Below are positions 1-8,626 of a stretch of 64,000 nucleotides of DNA, piece after piece; position 1 is the stretch's first letter, and each line of letters opens with the position of its first letter. The position numbers and the translations under genes were made by a program. The stretch is from Dinoroseobacter sp. (GTDB lineage Bacteria > Pseudomonadota > Alphaproteobacteria > Rhodobacterales > Rhodobacteraceae): the NCBI GenBank assembly GCA_034111085.1, contig JAWUXZ010000034.1, forward strand, positions 108,169 to 172,168, written 5' to 3'. The notes beneath the pieces were generated by a model. That model was not told the DNA's origin, ran no database searches, and saw only the letters and a program-made list of their open reading frames with translations.

Positions 1-208
1 AAAGCGCGTGACCGCGACGACTGGCGAACCCGGTGTCGATGATGGTCCAGCTGTCGCCTTCATCGAGCGCATAGATATTGACGTGGTCGAGGGCCATAGG
101 CAGCGGCAGGCGGATCCATAAGATACCGCGTGCGACCTCAATCGCTTCGCCCTCACCGGGGGGATCGGGGAACGGGGTGCTGATCCCCACCGGGCCAGTA
201 TCAGGCAT
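1..208 (-). CDS. MBL-fold metallo-hydrolase (5' part only; runs off the window start)
   Basis: Manual translation from ATG at 208 (TAATG overlap with the upstream stop): MPDTGPVGISTPFPDPPGEGEAIEVARGILWIRLPLPMALDHVNIYALDEGDSWTIIDTG..., typical N-terminus of the alphaproteobacterial MBL hydrolase found after acyl-CoA dehydrogenases. Confidence 0.8.
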   Translation of the reverse strand, partial: MPDTGPVGISTPFPDPPGEGEAIEVARGILWIRLPLPMALDHVNIYALDEGDSWTIIDTGFASRRGHAL

Positions 209-1923
209 TAGGCAGCGCTGCCGAAAAGATCATCATCATAGAGCCCAGTATCGCCTGCACTGGTCGCCGCAAGCAAGGCCGCATGTTCGGGCAGCAGGCG
301 CAGGATATAGACCGATGCGAGCGCGGACCGGGGGCCAATGCCACCCTCGGCCATTGCGGCGCGCAGGTGGTACATGCCGCCAAGCACACGGGCGAAGGCG
401 CGTTGATAGGGCACGGCGCCTGCGAATCGGATGTTGAGGTCATCCTCGGCCAGCATCGCCTCGGTCGCCTCGCGCAGGGTTTCAGCCGCTTGCCAGACAG
501 GCTCGGCCAGCGCGGGTTGGGTGGCGCGAGCGGCTTCGGCCTCGGCCTCAATCGCGTCGATCAGGAGCAGCACAGCTTCGCCGCCATCGCCCAGCTTGCG
601 CCCCACAAGGTCCATTGCTTGGATGCCGTTGGTGCCCTCATAGATCGTGGTAACGCGCACATCGCGCAGATACTGCGCCACGCCGGTTTCTTCGATAAAG
701 CCCATGCCGCCGTGAACTTGGATCGCCTCGGAGGCGACCGCGACGCCTGTGTCGGTGCAGAAGGACTTGGCGAGGGGTGTTAGAACGCCCACGCGCGCAC
801 TCCATTTCGCGTCGCCTGTGGCGTTGGCCATGTCGATGGCAACAGCGCAATCGAGCGCCATGGCGCGGGCCGCAAACGTATCGGCGCGCATCGACATCAG
901 CATCCGGCGCACATCAGCGTGGTCGGAAATCGCCCCTGAACTTCGGCGCAGCGGCGGGCCTTGGATACGGTCGCGGGCAAAGGCCAGGGCCGCTTGCGTC
1001 GCGGCTTCGGCCACACCAACGCCTTGGGCCGCAACGCCCAAACGCGCATTATTCATCATGGTGAACATCGCCTTTATGCCGCCGCCCGCATTGCCAATCA
1101 TCCAGCCTGTCGCGCCCGAAAATTCCATCACGGCGGTGGGCGAGCCGTGCAGGCCCATTTTATGTTCCAGCGACACGACGCGGACGCTGTTGCGCGCGCC
1201 TGCATTGCCGTTCGCATCGGGCAGGCGTTTGGGCACGAGAAACAAGCTGACACCGCGCGTGCCCTCAGGTGCGTCCGGCAAGCGCGCGAGCACGAGGTGG
1301 ATGGTGTTGTCGGTGAAGTCGCAATCGCCCCATGAGATATAGATCTTCTGGCCCGTCACAGCGTAGGTGCCATCACTTTGGGGTTCGGCCTTTGAGCGTA
1401 GTGCCCCCACGTCCGAGCCCGCTTGCGGTTCGGTCAGGTTCATCGTTGCGTTCCACTCGCCAGAAATCAGCTTCGGCAGGTAGAGGTCTTTGAGGGCGTC
1501 TGTTGCGTGATGCTCAAGCGCTTCAATCTGGCCTTGGCTGAGCAGCGTTGCCAGTTGCAGCGCCATGCAGGATCCGGACATCATCTCGTTCATCGCCGTG
1601 TTCAACGCCATTGGCAGACCCATGCCGCCATACTCAGGCGCGGATGACAGACCGATCCAGCCGCCCGTCGCCAGCGCTTTGTAGCCGCCATCGAAGCCGG
1701 GGCTGGTGCGTACGATACCGTTTTCCAGCACTGCAGGGTTCAGATCGCCGACGCGGTTCAGGGGCGCGAGGACTTCGTTGCATATGCGACCGCCCTCGAC
1801 GAGGACCGCAGCGCAGGTCTCGGGCGTGGCTTCAACGAAGCGTTCAGTCGCTTGGACACGCTCAAAGCCTGTCACATGGTCGAGCACGAACTGAATATCA
1901 GCGGTGGGGGAGGCATAAGGCAT
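208..1923 (-). CDS. Acyl-CoA dehydrogenase (DmdC-like long family)
   Basis: Motifs MNLTEPQAGSDVG, GQKIYIS, LEHKMGLHGSPT, QVHGGMGFIEE, IYEGTNGIQAMDL; start moved to MPYASP (ATG 1923) because the ORF-track extension overlaps tsaC. Confidence 0.92.
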   Translation of the reverse strand: MPYASPTADIQFVLDHVTGFERVQATERFVEATPETCAAVLVEGGRICNEVLAPLNRVGDLNPAVLENGIVRTSPGFDGGYKALATGGWIGLSSAPEYGGMGLPMALNTAMNEMMSGSCMALQLATLLSQGQIEALEHHATDALKDLYLPKLISGEWNATMNLTEPQAGSDVGALRSKAEPQSDGTYAVTGQKIYISWGDCDFTDNTIHLVLARLPDAPEGTRGVSLFLVPKRLPDANGNAGARNSVRVVSLEHKMGLHGSPTAVMEFSGATGWMIGNAGGGIKAMFTMMNNARLGVAAQGVGVAEAATQAALAFARDRIQGPPLRRSSGAISDHADVRRMLMSMRADTFAARAMALDCAVAIDMANATGDAKWSARVGVLTPLAKSFCTDTGVAVASEAIQVHGGMGFIEETGVAQYLRDVRVTTIYEGTNGIQAMDLVGRKLGDGGEAVLLLIDAIEAEAEAARATQPALAEPVWQAAETLREATEAMLAEDDLNIRFAGAVPYQRAFARVLGGMYHLRAAMAEGGIGPRSALASVYILRLLPEHAALLAATSAGDTGLYDDDLFGSAA

Positions 1924-2055
1924 GGCGCGTCTCTTCTTATTGCGGTGACTTGGCAGGGGGGCTGCCACGGGATATCCCCGCGCCACAGACCAAACCGTGC
2001 CATGCGTTCGCGAGGCGCGGCAATTTGAACGCTGCGTCACGAGAAAGGACTGCAT

Positions 2056-3009
2056 GTGCAAACCCTGCATCTGGATGCAAGCGACGAAGGCATTGCCCGG
2101 GCGACTGAGCTGCTTCGGGCGGGCGGTCTTGTCGCGTTTCCGACCGAGACAGTTTACGGGCTCGGTGCAGATGCGACTTCGGATGCTGCGGTTGCCTCGA
2201 TCTATGCGGCAAAGGGGCGGCCTTCGTTTAATCCGTTGATCGTGCATCTGGCTGAGGCTGATTGGGCAGGGCGCTATGCAGACGTCTCTGACGAGGCGGA
2301 AGCCTTGATGGCGGCGTTTTGGCCCGGGCCTTTGACACTGGTGCTGCCGCGTTCGGCAAAATGTGAGTTGGCCAAGCGGGTGAGTGCGGGCCTGGACAGC
2401 GTGGCTCTGCGGGTGCCGGATCATCCGGTGGCGTTAGCGATCCTGAGGCAGACTGATTTGCCGCTTGCTGCGCCATCGGCCAATCCCTCTGGCGGGGTAA
2501 GTCCGACGATTGCGGCGCATGTGCTGGAGGGGCTGAGCGGTCGTATTGCAGCCTTAGTCGATGGCGGGCCGTGCAACGTGGGCGTCGAATCGACGGTGCT
2601 GAGTTTGATGGGCAAAGGGCCACGACTGCTACGCCCCGGTGCGATCTCGGCGGGCGCGATTGCTCAGGTGCTTGGCCGTGAGGTTGACGTGCCGGGCGAC
2701 GAGATCGTGCCGACTGCGCCGGGTCAGCTTGCGTCGCATTATGCGCCCACGGCTTTGGTTATTCTGAACGCTTCGGCCCGACCAGATGGCGCGCTTTGGC
2801 TCGGGTTCGGGCCAGACTGTGCGGGCGCGGATATGATGTTGTCAGAAACGGGGGATCTGGCTGAGGCAGCAACGGCCTTGTTCGCGGCCCTTCGAACCCT
2901 CGATGCGCGTGCAAGCCCCGGTCAAGTCATCGCCATCGCACCGATCCCAAACAGAGGCCTTGGTATCGCGATCAACGACCGCCTGCGCCGCGCCGCTTCC
3001 CCGCGTTAA
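2056..3009 (+). CDS. tsaC: L-threonylcarbamoyladenylate synthase (Sua5/TsaC)
   Basis: VAFPTETVYGLGADA, KGRPSFNPLIVH, APSANPSG and C-terminal Sua5 domain (PGQLASHYAP, AINDRLRRAA). Confidence 0.95.
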   Translation: MQTLHLDASDEGIARATELLRAGGLVAFPTETVYGLGADATSDAAVASIYAAKGRPSFNPLIVHLAEADWAGRYADVSDEAEALMAAFWPGPLTLVLPRSAKCELAKRVSAGLDSVALRVPDHPVALAILRQTDLPLAAPSANPSGGVSPTIAAHVLEGLSGRIAALVDGGPCNVGVESTVLSLMGKGPRLLRPGAISAGAIAQVLGREVDVPGDEIVPTAPGQLASHYAPTALVILNASARPDGALWLGFGPDCAGADMMLSETGDLAEAATALFAALRTLDARASPGQVIAIAPIPNRGLGIAINDRLRRAASPR

Positions 3010-3581
3010 GCGCGCCCACCGACCGAAGACAGCATTGAGGGATCAATTCCGATGCCGTGCAGCGCTTGGCTCCACATGCCCTCAACATTCGGGTCGAAAA
3101 TCAACTCAGGGCCGACGTCCCCGGTCAGCCATCCATTGGCCTGCAATTCCTGCTCCAGCTGACCCGGTCCCCATCCTGCATATCCAAGCGCCAACAGACA
3201 CGTGTCAGGCCCGCCGCCTTTGGCGATGTCTTCCAGAATATCCAGCGTCGCGGTCATGCCGAACGCGTCGTTGACCTGAAGCGTCGAGTCGTTGTTGGAA
3301 TAATCCGCACTGTGCAGCACGAACCCGCGCCCATGCTCGACCGGACCGCCGAAACGGATAGGCATTTTGCGCATTTTGTCGGTCGGCTTAATGCCGATCT
3401 GTTCCATCAAGCTTGTCAGGTCGAGATCGGAGGCAGGCTTGTTGAGGATAAGCCCCATCGCGCCCTCGTCTGAATGGGCACACAGGTAGATCACGCTGTG
3501 ATCAAAGCGCGGATCGCTCATCCCCGGCATTGCGATCAGGATCTGGCCTTTTAGCGAGTCTGGAGATTGCTGCACATTCAT
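3006..3581 (-). CDS. YqgE/AlgH family protein
   Basis: LIAMPGMSDPRF, GAMGLILNKP, FGGPVE..RGFVLH, GYAGWGPGQLEQEL; start set at MNVQQS. Confidence 0.92.
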   Translation of the reverse strand: MNVQQSPDSLKGQILIAMPGMSDPRFDHSVIYLCAHSDEGAMGLILNKPASDLDLTSLMEQIGIKPTDKMRKMPIRFGGPVEHGRGFVLHSADYSNNDSTLQVNDAFGMTATLDILEDIAKGGGPDTCLLALGYAGWGPGQLEQELQANGWLTGDVGPELIFDPNVEGMWSQALHGIGIDPSMLSSVGGRA

Positions 3582-3704
3582 ACCCTTACACTGGAGGTTG
3601 CCCCGCTGCGGTTCAAGCCTGTTAGAGGCGGCAGGATTGTCACATCGCTGTGGCCTCCCTCGAATGTGATTTTCCTGTTTGGGGCGTCTGCGTAGTGTGG
3701 CGGG

Positions 3705-4496
3705 ATGAAACGACACTTTATTTCAGCGCTCTGTGCGCTCGCCCTTGGGGGTCTTGCTGGCCCGGCCACCGCTCAAAGCGGTGACGTTATTTCGGCGGAG
3801 GTGTTGCCGGGATGGCGCACGGATCGCGGCACCCATATGGCGGCGGTGCGCCTGACACTTGCGCCCGGTTGGAAGACCTATTGGCGCGCTCCCGGTGAGG
3901 GCGGCATTCCCCCGCAGATAAACTTTTCGGGCTCGCGAAATGTCACTGCTGCGCTGACGCATTTTCCAGCACCTGAAGTGTTTTATGCCAACGGTTTGCG
4001 CAGTATCGGCTATAGCAATCTTGTGGTGTTGCCGATTGAGTTTTCCGTACCCGATCAGACCAGTGCAGCACAGCTTAGCGCCCGGATCGACATTGGTGTG
4101 TGCGACGATATCTGTATGCCGATGCGCCTGAATATCAACGCGATTTTGCCTGTAGGCGGCGCGCGTGATGCGGCAATCCTTGACGCTCTTGCCGCACGTC
4201 CTGCGATTTTTAACAGCCCTGTCAGCTGCGAGTTGACTCCGATTGATGACGGGCTGCGCGTGTCGGCCAGCTATGCGCTGCCGCCGGGCGTTGGTGCAGG
4301 GGCCGTGTCGGTGGTGGAGGCGGGCGATCCAACTGTCTGGGCGACCGATACGCAGACCCAGATCTCTGGCGGGCGGATCACCTCAACCGTTGAATTCGTG
4401 CCGCCGCGCGGTCAGCCGATGATGCTGGACCGCTCAGCCATTCGCGTGACGGTGCTGGGGGGCGCAAAAGCGTTTGAACTGAGAGGTTGCGACTGA
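3705..4496 (+). CDS. Periplasmic protein-disulfide reductase DsbD N-terminal-domain protein
   Basis: Signal peptide; GWKTYWRAPGEGGIPP; GVCDDICMP. Confidence 0.85.
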   Translation: MKRHFISALCALALGGLAGPATAQSGDVISAEVLPGWRTDRGTHMAAVRLTLAPGWKTYWRAPGEGGIPPQINFSGSRNVTAALTHFPAPEVFYANGLRSIGYSNLVVLPIEFSVPDQTSAAQLSARIDIGVCDDICMPMRLNINAILPVGGARDAAILDALAARPAIFNSPVSCELTPIDDGLRVSASYALPPGVGAGAVSVVEAGDPTVWATDTQTQISGGRITSTVEFVPPRGQPMMLDRSAIRVTVLGGAKAFELRGCD

Positions 4497-4593
4497 AGCG
4501 CTTGCGAATCAGATGCGTAAATCAAGTACCGATTATTCATGTTCGAGCGCAGTGAGGGGCAGCAAATAGCGGGTTCCTGATTGCCGAAGCGCT

Positions 4594-5157
4594 CTAGCCG
4601 TCGAGCTCCGCTTGGCGCACGCAGCCCACCATATGGTCGTTCACAAGACCGGCGGCCTGCATGAACGCATAAACCGTTGTAGGGCCACAGAACCGAAAGC
4701 CTGCTTTCTTGAGGTCTTTTGACAACGCCGTCGACAAGGGGGTGTGGCCGGGCACTTCGCTCATGGCGGAAAAGCGGTTCTGGATCGGGGCGTGATCGAC
4801 ACGGCTCCAGATGAAGTTTGCGAAACCTTCGCCGTTTTCCATCTCTAGATAGGCCTGCGCGTTGCCAATGGTCGCTTCGATCTTGCCGCGATGGCGCACG
4901 ATGCCGGGATCAGCCAGCAAGCGCGTCACATCACCGTCGCCCCAGCCCGCAATCACCGCCGGATCAAAGCCCGCGAATGCACTGCGAAACCCCTCGCGCT
5001 TGCGTAGGATCGTGATCCAGGACAGGCCCGCTTGGAAACCTTCAAGGATCAGTTGCTCCCATAACCCGCGCGGATCACGCTCTGGCACGCCCCATTCGGT
5101 GTCGTGATAGGTCACATAAAGTGGATCTTGGCCGCACCAGTCACAGCGTTCGCTCAT
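4594..5157 (-). CDS. tag: DNA-3-methyladenine glycosylase I
   Basis: RCDWC..YHDTEWGVP, LEGFQAGLSWITILRKR, FCGPTTVYAFMQAAGLVNDH..C. Confidence 0.95.
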   Translation of the reverse strand: MSERCDWCGQDPLYVTYHDTEWGVPERDPRGLWEQLILEGFQAGLSWITILRKREGFRSAFAGFDPAVIAGWGDGDVTRLLADPGIVRHRGKIEATIGNAQAYLEMENGEGFANFIWSRVDHAPIQNRFSAMSEVPGHTPLSTALSKDLKKAGFRFCGPTTVYAFMQAAGLVNDHMVGCVRQAELDG

Positions 5158-5261
5158 CAGTATTCCTCCCCTTTGTCTCAAAGTGGAACAAAACGCGAAA
5201 CTTCACAACTTTTTAAGTCATTTGTCGTTTGTGTGGCAGGGACATTTTTTGGAGCACGCGC

Positions 5262-6104
5262 ATGGGTAAACCGCAAAATCCCCCTTCCTTTGTTGGGGCG
5301 GACAATCCGCTGGCGTTTGCCATGAACGCACGCGATCGCGACGTGTTGCACATGGTGCGCGATGCGATTGCGCGCAATGATGTGATGCTTGCGTATCAGC
5401 CGGTCATGCAGGCGCGCGGTCCGGGCAAGGTGGCGTTTTACGAGGGGCTTATTCGCGTGCTGGATGCAACGGGCCGCGTGATCCCGGCGCGCGAGTTCAT
5501 CGATGTGGTGGAAAACCAAGAACTTGGCCGCCAGATCGATACCTGTGCACTTGAGGCGGGGTTGAAAGCCCTCAATCAGGTGCCGGACTTACGGTTGTCG
5601 ATCAACATGTCAGCGCGCTCGATTGGCTATCCGGCTTGGCGCGAGGCGCTGGACCGAGGGTTGGCAAGCAACGCCTCAATCGCCGAACGTCTGATCCTTG
5701 AGATCACCGAAAGCAGCGCAATGACGGTGCCTGATTTGGTCACTGTGTTCATGGCGGACTTGCACCGTAAGGGGATCTCATTTGCGCTGGATGACTTTGG
5801 GGCTGGGTTCACATCGTTCCGATATCTGCGCGACTTCTACTTCGACATCCTGAAAATCGATGGCCAGTTTATCCGCGATGTGGCGACGGACGCTGACAAT
5901 CAAGTTTTAGCTCAAGCCTTGATCACAATTGGGCAGCAGTTTGATATGTATACCGTCGCAGAATCTGTAGAAACTCAGGAGGATGCGGATTATCTGACCG
6001 CTTGTGGCGTCGATTGTTTGCAAGGGTATTTATACGCCGCCCCCACGACCACCCCAGATTGGAGCAAAGGCGCAATGGGTGCGGGTCGCCTCCAGCGCGG
6101 GTGA
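5262..6104 (+). CDS. Stand-alone EAL-domain c-di-GMP phosphodiesterase-like protein
   Basis: YQP, EGLIR (EAL variant), LEITES, DDFGAGFTS, LKIDG, AESVET, QGY. Confidence 0.9.
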   Translation: MGKPQNPPSFVGADNPLAFAMNARDRDVLHMVRDAIARNDVMLAYQPVMQARGPGKVAFYEGLIRVLDATGRVIPAREFIDVVENQELGRQIDTCALEAGLKALNQVPDLRLSINMSARSIGYPAWREALDRGLASNASIAERLILEITESSAMTVPDLVTVFMADLHRKGISFALDDFGAGFTSFRYLRDFYFDILKIDGQFIRDVATDADNQVLAQALITIGQQFDMYTVAESVETQEDADYLTACGVDCLQGYLYAAPTTTPDWSKGAMGAGRLQRG

Positions 6105-6301
6105 TCCTGTGCCCGGTGCGCTACTGGTTAGCCGGAGCCGCCCTACCTTGCGACAAGCCGCCCCCGTGACACCGTGTCTGTTGTCGGGTTGCCCTCTGCG
6201 TCCTAGACGAAGCGCGACTGCCTGAAGGGAATTTGCCGTTTGGGCGGGTCCGGCGTGCCCAGTGACGGGCTGCCGACGCGAGACCCATTAGGAGATACTC
6301 G

Positions 6302-7477
6302 ATGACCAATGTTGTGATCGCTTCTGCTGCCCGGACCGCCGTGGGCAGCTTCAGCGGCTCTTTCGCCAATATCCCTGCCCATGATCTGGGCTCTGCCGTT
6401 CTTGAAGCGCTGGTTGAGCGCGCGGGCATCGATAAAGCGGACGTGTCTGAGACCATCCTGGGTCAGGTGCTGACTGGGGGCCAAGGCCAAAATCCTGCTC
6501 GTCAGGCGCATATCAATGCAGGTCTGCCGCAGGAAAGTGCCGCTTGGAGTATTAACCAGGTTTGTGGATCGGGCCTTCGTGCTGTTGCGCTTGCCGCACA
6601 GCACATCCAGCTTGGCGACGCGTCTATCGTGTGCGCTGGCGGTCAAGAAAACATGTCCATGAGCCCCCATGTCGCGAACCTGCGCCCGGGCCAAAAGATG
6701 GGCGATATGAAATTCGTCGACTCGATGATCAGCGACGGCCTGTGGGATGCTTTCAACAATTACCACATGGGTCAGACCGCTGAGAACGTTGCCGAAAAAT
6801 GGCAGATCAGCCGCGAGATGCAGGACGAGTTTGCCGTGGCCTCGCAGAACAAGGCCGAAGCCGCGCAAAAAGCTGGTAAGTTCGCCGACGAGATTGCAGC
6901 GTTCACCGTCAAGACCCGCAAGAGCGAAACCATCGTTGATCAGGATGAATACATCCGTCATGGCGCGACCATGGAAGCGATGCAGAAGCTGCGTCCGGCA
7001 TTTGCCAAAGACGGCAGCGTTACAGCAGCAAATGCGTCCGGTTTGAACGACGGCGCCGCTGGTGCCTTGTTGATGAGCGCAGATGAAGCCGAGAAGCGTG
7101 GGATCGAGCCGCTCGCGCGGATCGTATCATACGCCACAGCAGGCCTCGACCCGTCGATCATGGGCGTTGGCCCGATCTATGCGTCGCGCAAGGCGCTGGA
7201 AAAAGCCGGTTGGTCGGTTGACGATCTGGACCTCGTGGAAGCCAACGAGGCATTTGCCGCGCAGGCCTGTGCTGTGAACAAGGACATGGGCTGGGATCCG
7301 GCCATCGTGAACGTCAATGGCGGCGCGATTGCCATCGGTCACCCAATCGGGGCCTCGGGCGCGCGCGTTCTGAACACGCTGTTGTTTGAGATGAAGCGCC
7401 GCGATGCGAAAAAAGGCCTCGCTACGCTATGTATCGGCGGCGGTATGGGTGTTGCGCTCTGCGTCGAGCGTCCCTGA
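6302..7477 (+). CDS. phaA: Acetyl-CoA C-acetyltransferase (beta-ketothiolase)
   Basis: [29 protein letters not shown]; RBS AGGAG; followed by phaB. Confidence 0.97.
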   Translation: MTNVVIASAARTAVGSFSGSFANIPAHDLGSAVLEALVERAGIDKADVSETILGQVLTGGQGQNPARQAHINAGLPQESAAWSINQVCGSGLRAVALAAQHIQLGDASIVCAGGQENMSMSPHVANLRPGQKMGDMKFVDSMISDGLWDAFNNYHMGQTAENVAEKWQISREMQDEFAVASQNKAEAAQKAGKFADEIAAFTVKTRKSETIVDQDEYIRHGATMEAMQKLRPAFAKDGSVTAANASGLNDGAAGALLMSADEAEKRGIEPLARIVSYATAGLDPSIMGVGPIYASRKALEKAGWSVDDLDLVEANEAFAAQACAVNKDMGWDPAIVNVNGGAIAIGHPIGASGARVLNTLLFEMKRRDAKKGLATLCIGGGMGVALCVERP

Positions 7478-7486
7478 CCTAAATCA

Positions 7487-7511
7487 TGGCGGTGCCTTCC
7501 CGGTGCCGCCA
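7487..7511 (+). other. Intercistronic hairpin between phaA and phaB
   Basis: TGGCGGTGCC-TTCCC-GGTGCCGCCA stem-loop (with G-U pairs) just after the phaA stop. Confidence 0.5.
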
Positions 7512-7585
7512 CTTTCCATTCTGACCGAAGCTCTCAGAAATCAAGGCTTTGGCGGACAAGTCTACTTCTCTAGGAGGATTCCAAT

Positions 7586-8308
7586 ATGGGACGTGTTGCA
7601 CTCGTCACTGGCGGCTCGCGCGGTATCGGCGAAGCCATTTCGAAGAAACTTCAGGCCGACGGGTTCACCGTTGCGGCCACTTACGCTGGCAATGATGAGG
7701 CGGCAGCCGCTTTCACCGCAGCTACCGGCATCAAGACCTACAAATGGAACGTGGCCGATTACGACGCGTCCAAAGCCGGAATCGCACAGGTCGAAGCAGA
7801 TCTCGGCCCGGTTGAAGTTGTTGTTGCAAACGCAGGCATCACCCGTGACGCGCCGTTCCACAAGATGACACCTGATCAGTGGAAAGAGGTCATCGACACC
7901 AACCTGACCGGCGTGTTCAACACCGTCCACCCGATCTGGCCCGGTATGCGCGAGCGTAAGTTCGGCCGCGTAATCGTGATCTCGTCGATCAACGGTCAGA
8001 AAGGCCAGTTCGCGCAAGTGAACTATGCCGCCACAAAGGCAGGCGATCTGGGTATCGTAAAGTCCTTGGCCCAAGAAGGCGCGCGCGCAGGCATCACTGC
8101 TAATGCGGTTTGCCCGGGCTACATTGCGACGGAAATGGTTATGGCCGTGCCCGAGAAGGTCCGCGACAGCATCATCGCAGCGATCCCAGCAGGTCGTCTG
8201 GGCGAGCCCGAGGAAATCGCGCGTTGCGTGGCGTTCCTGGCATCCGACGATTCGGGCTTCATCAATGGCTCGACGATTTCGGCCAATGGTGCGCAGTTCT
8301 TCGTCTAA
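7586..8308 (+). CDS. phaB: Acetoacetyl-CoA reductase
   Basis: SDR motifs TGGSRGIG, NAGITRD, SSINGQKGQFAQVNYAATK; RBS GGAGG. Confidence 0.97.
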   Translation: MGRVALVTGGSRGIGEAISKKLQADGFTVAATYAGNDEAAAAFTAATGIKTYKWNVADYDASKAGIAQVEADLGPVEVVVANAGITRDAPFHKMTPDQWKEVIDTNLTGVFNTVHPIWPGMRERKFGRVIVISSINGQKGQFAQVNYAATKAGDLGIVKSLAQEGARAGITANAVCPGYIATEMVMAVPEKVRDSIIAAIPAGRLGEPEEIARCVAFLASDDSGFINGSTISANGAQFFV

Positions 8309-8330
8309 AATTTAGACGCGCGAGAGAATG

Positions 8331-8367
8331 AAAAGGCCCTGACGGTTGATGCCGTCAGGGCCTTTTT
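8331..8367. terminator. Bidirectional rho-independent terminator
   Basis: AAAAGGCCCTGACGG-TTGATG-CCGTCAGGGCCTTTTT perfect inverted repeat with T-tracts on both strands. Confidence 0.9.
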
Positions 8368-8390
8368 CCGTCTGGGAGGAAGACGAAGAT
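8331..8390 (-). ncRNA. Candidate 3'-UTR-derived sRNA with an anti-SD loop
   Basis: Minus strand UUCGUCU-UCCUCCC-AGACGGA hairpin (8387-8367) directly followed by the terminator. Confidence 0.4.
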
Positions 8391-8513
8391 TTAGCGCAAA
8401 GACCGCAAGGGGTGGCGCAGGGCTTCGATAATTTCGGCGAAAACACGGGCGCGCTCGGAATGGGCGGCTCGGATGGCATCACGCTGGCGGGCGGTTGTTG
8501 GTGTCTCGAACAT
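8391..8513 (-). CDS. Small 40-aa protein divergent from the LysR gene (not in the ORF track)
   Basis: GAAAGGA RBS 6 nt before ATG; MFETPTTARQRDAIRAAHSERARVFAEIIEALRHPLRSLR*; ends before the terminator. Confidence 0.7.
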   Translation of the reverse strand: MFETPTTARQRDAIRAAHSERARVFAEIIEALRHPLRSLR

Positions 8514-8601
8514 GGTGTGTCCTTTCGGGGAGGTATGTGTGTTTCTTCTGACCTGAATATGGGCCTACCTGAGCGCTTGCACAAACGAGACTTTCCATCG
8601 C

Positions 8602-8626
8602 TTCAGTTAAGATATATTGAACTGAA
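8602..8626. promoter_or_regulatory. LysR-type recognition box (T-N11-A dyad)
   Basis: TTCAGTT-AAGATATATTG-AACTGAA: perfect 7-bp arms with an 11-nt spacer, abutting the LysR ATG. Confidence 0.8.

Noticed and set aside
1924-2424. N-terminal extension of the 738-aa acyl-CoA dehydrogenase ORF
   Set aside because: Overlaps tsaC on the opposite strand; family similarity starts at MPYASP
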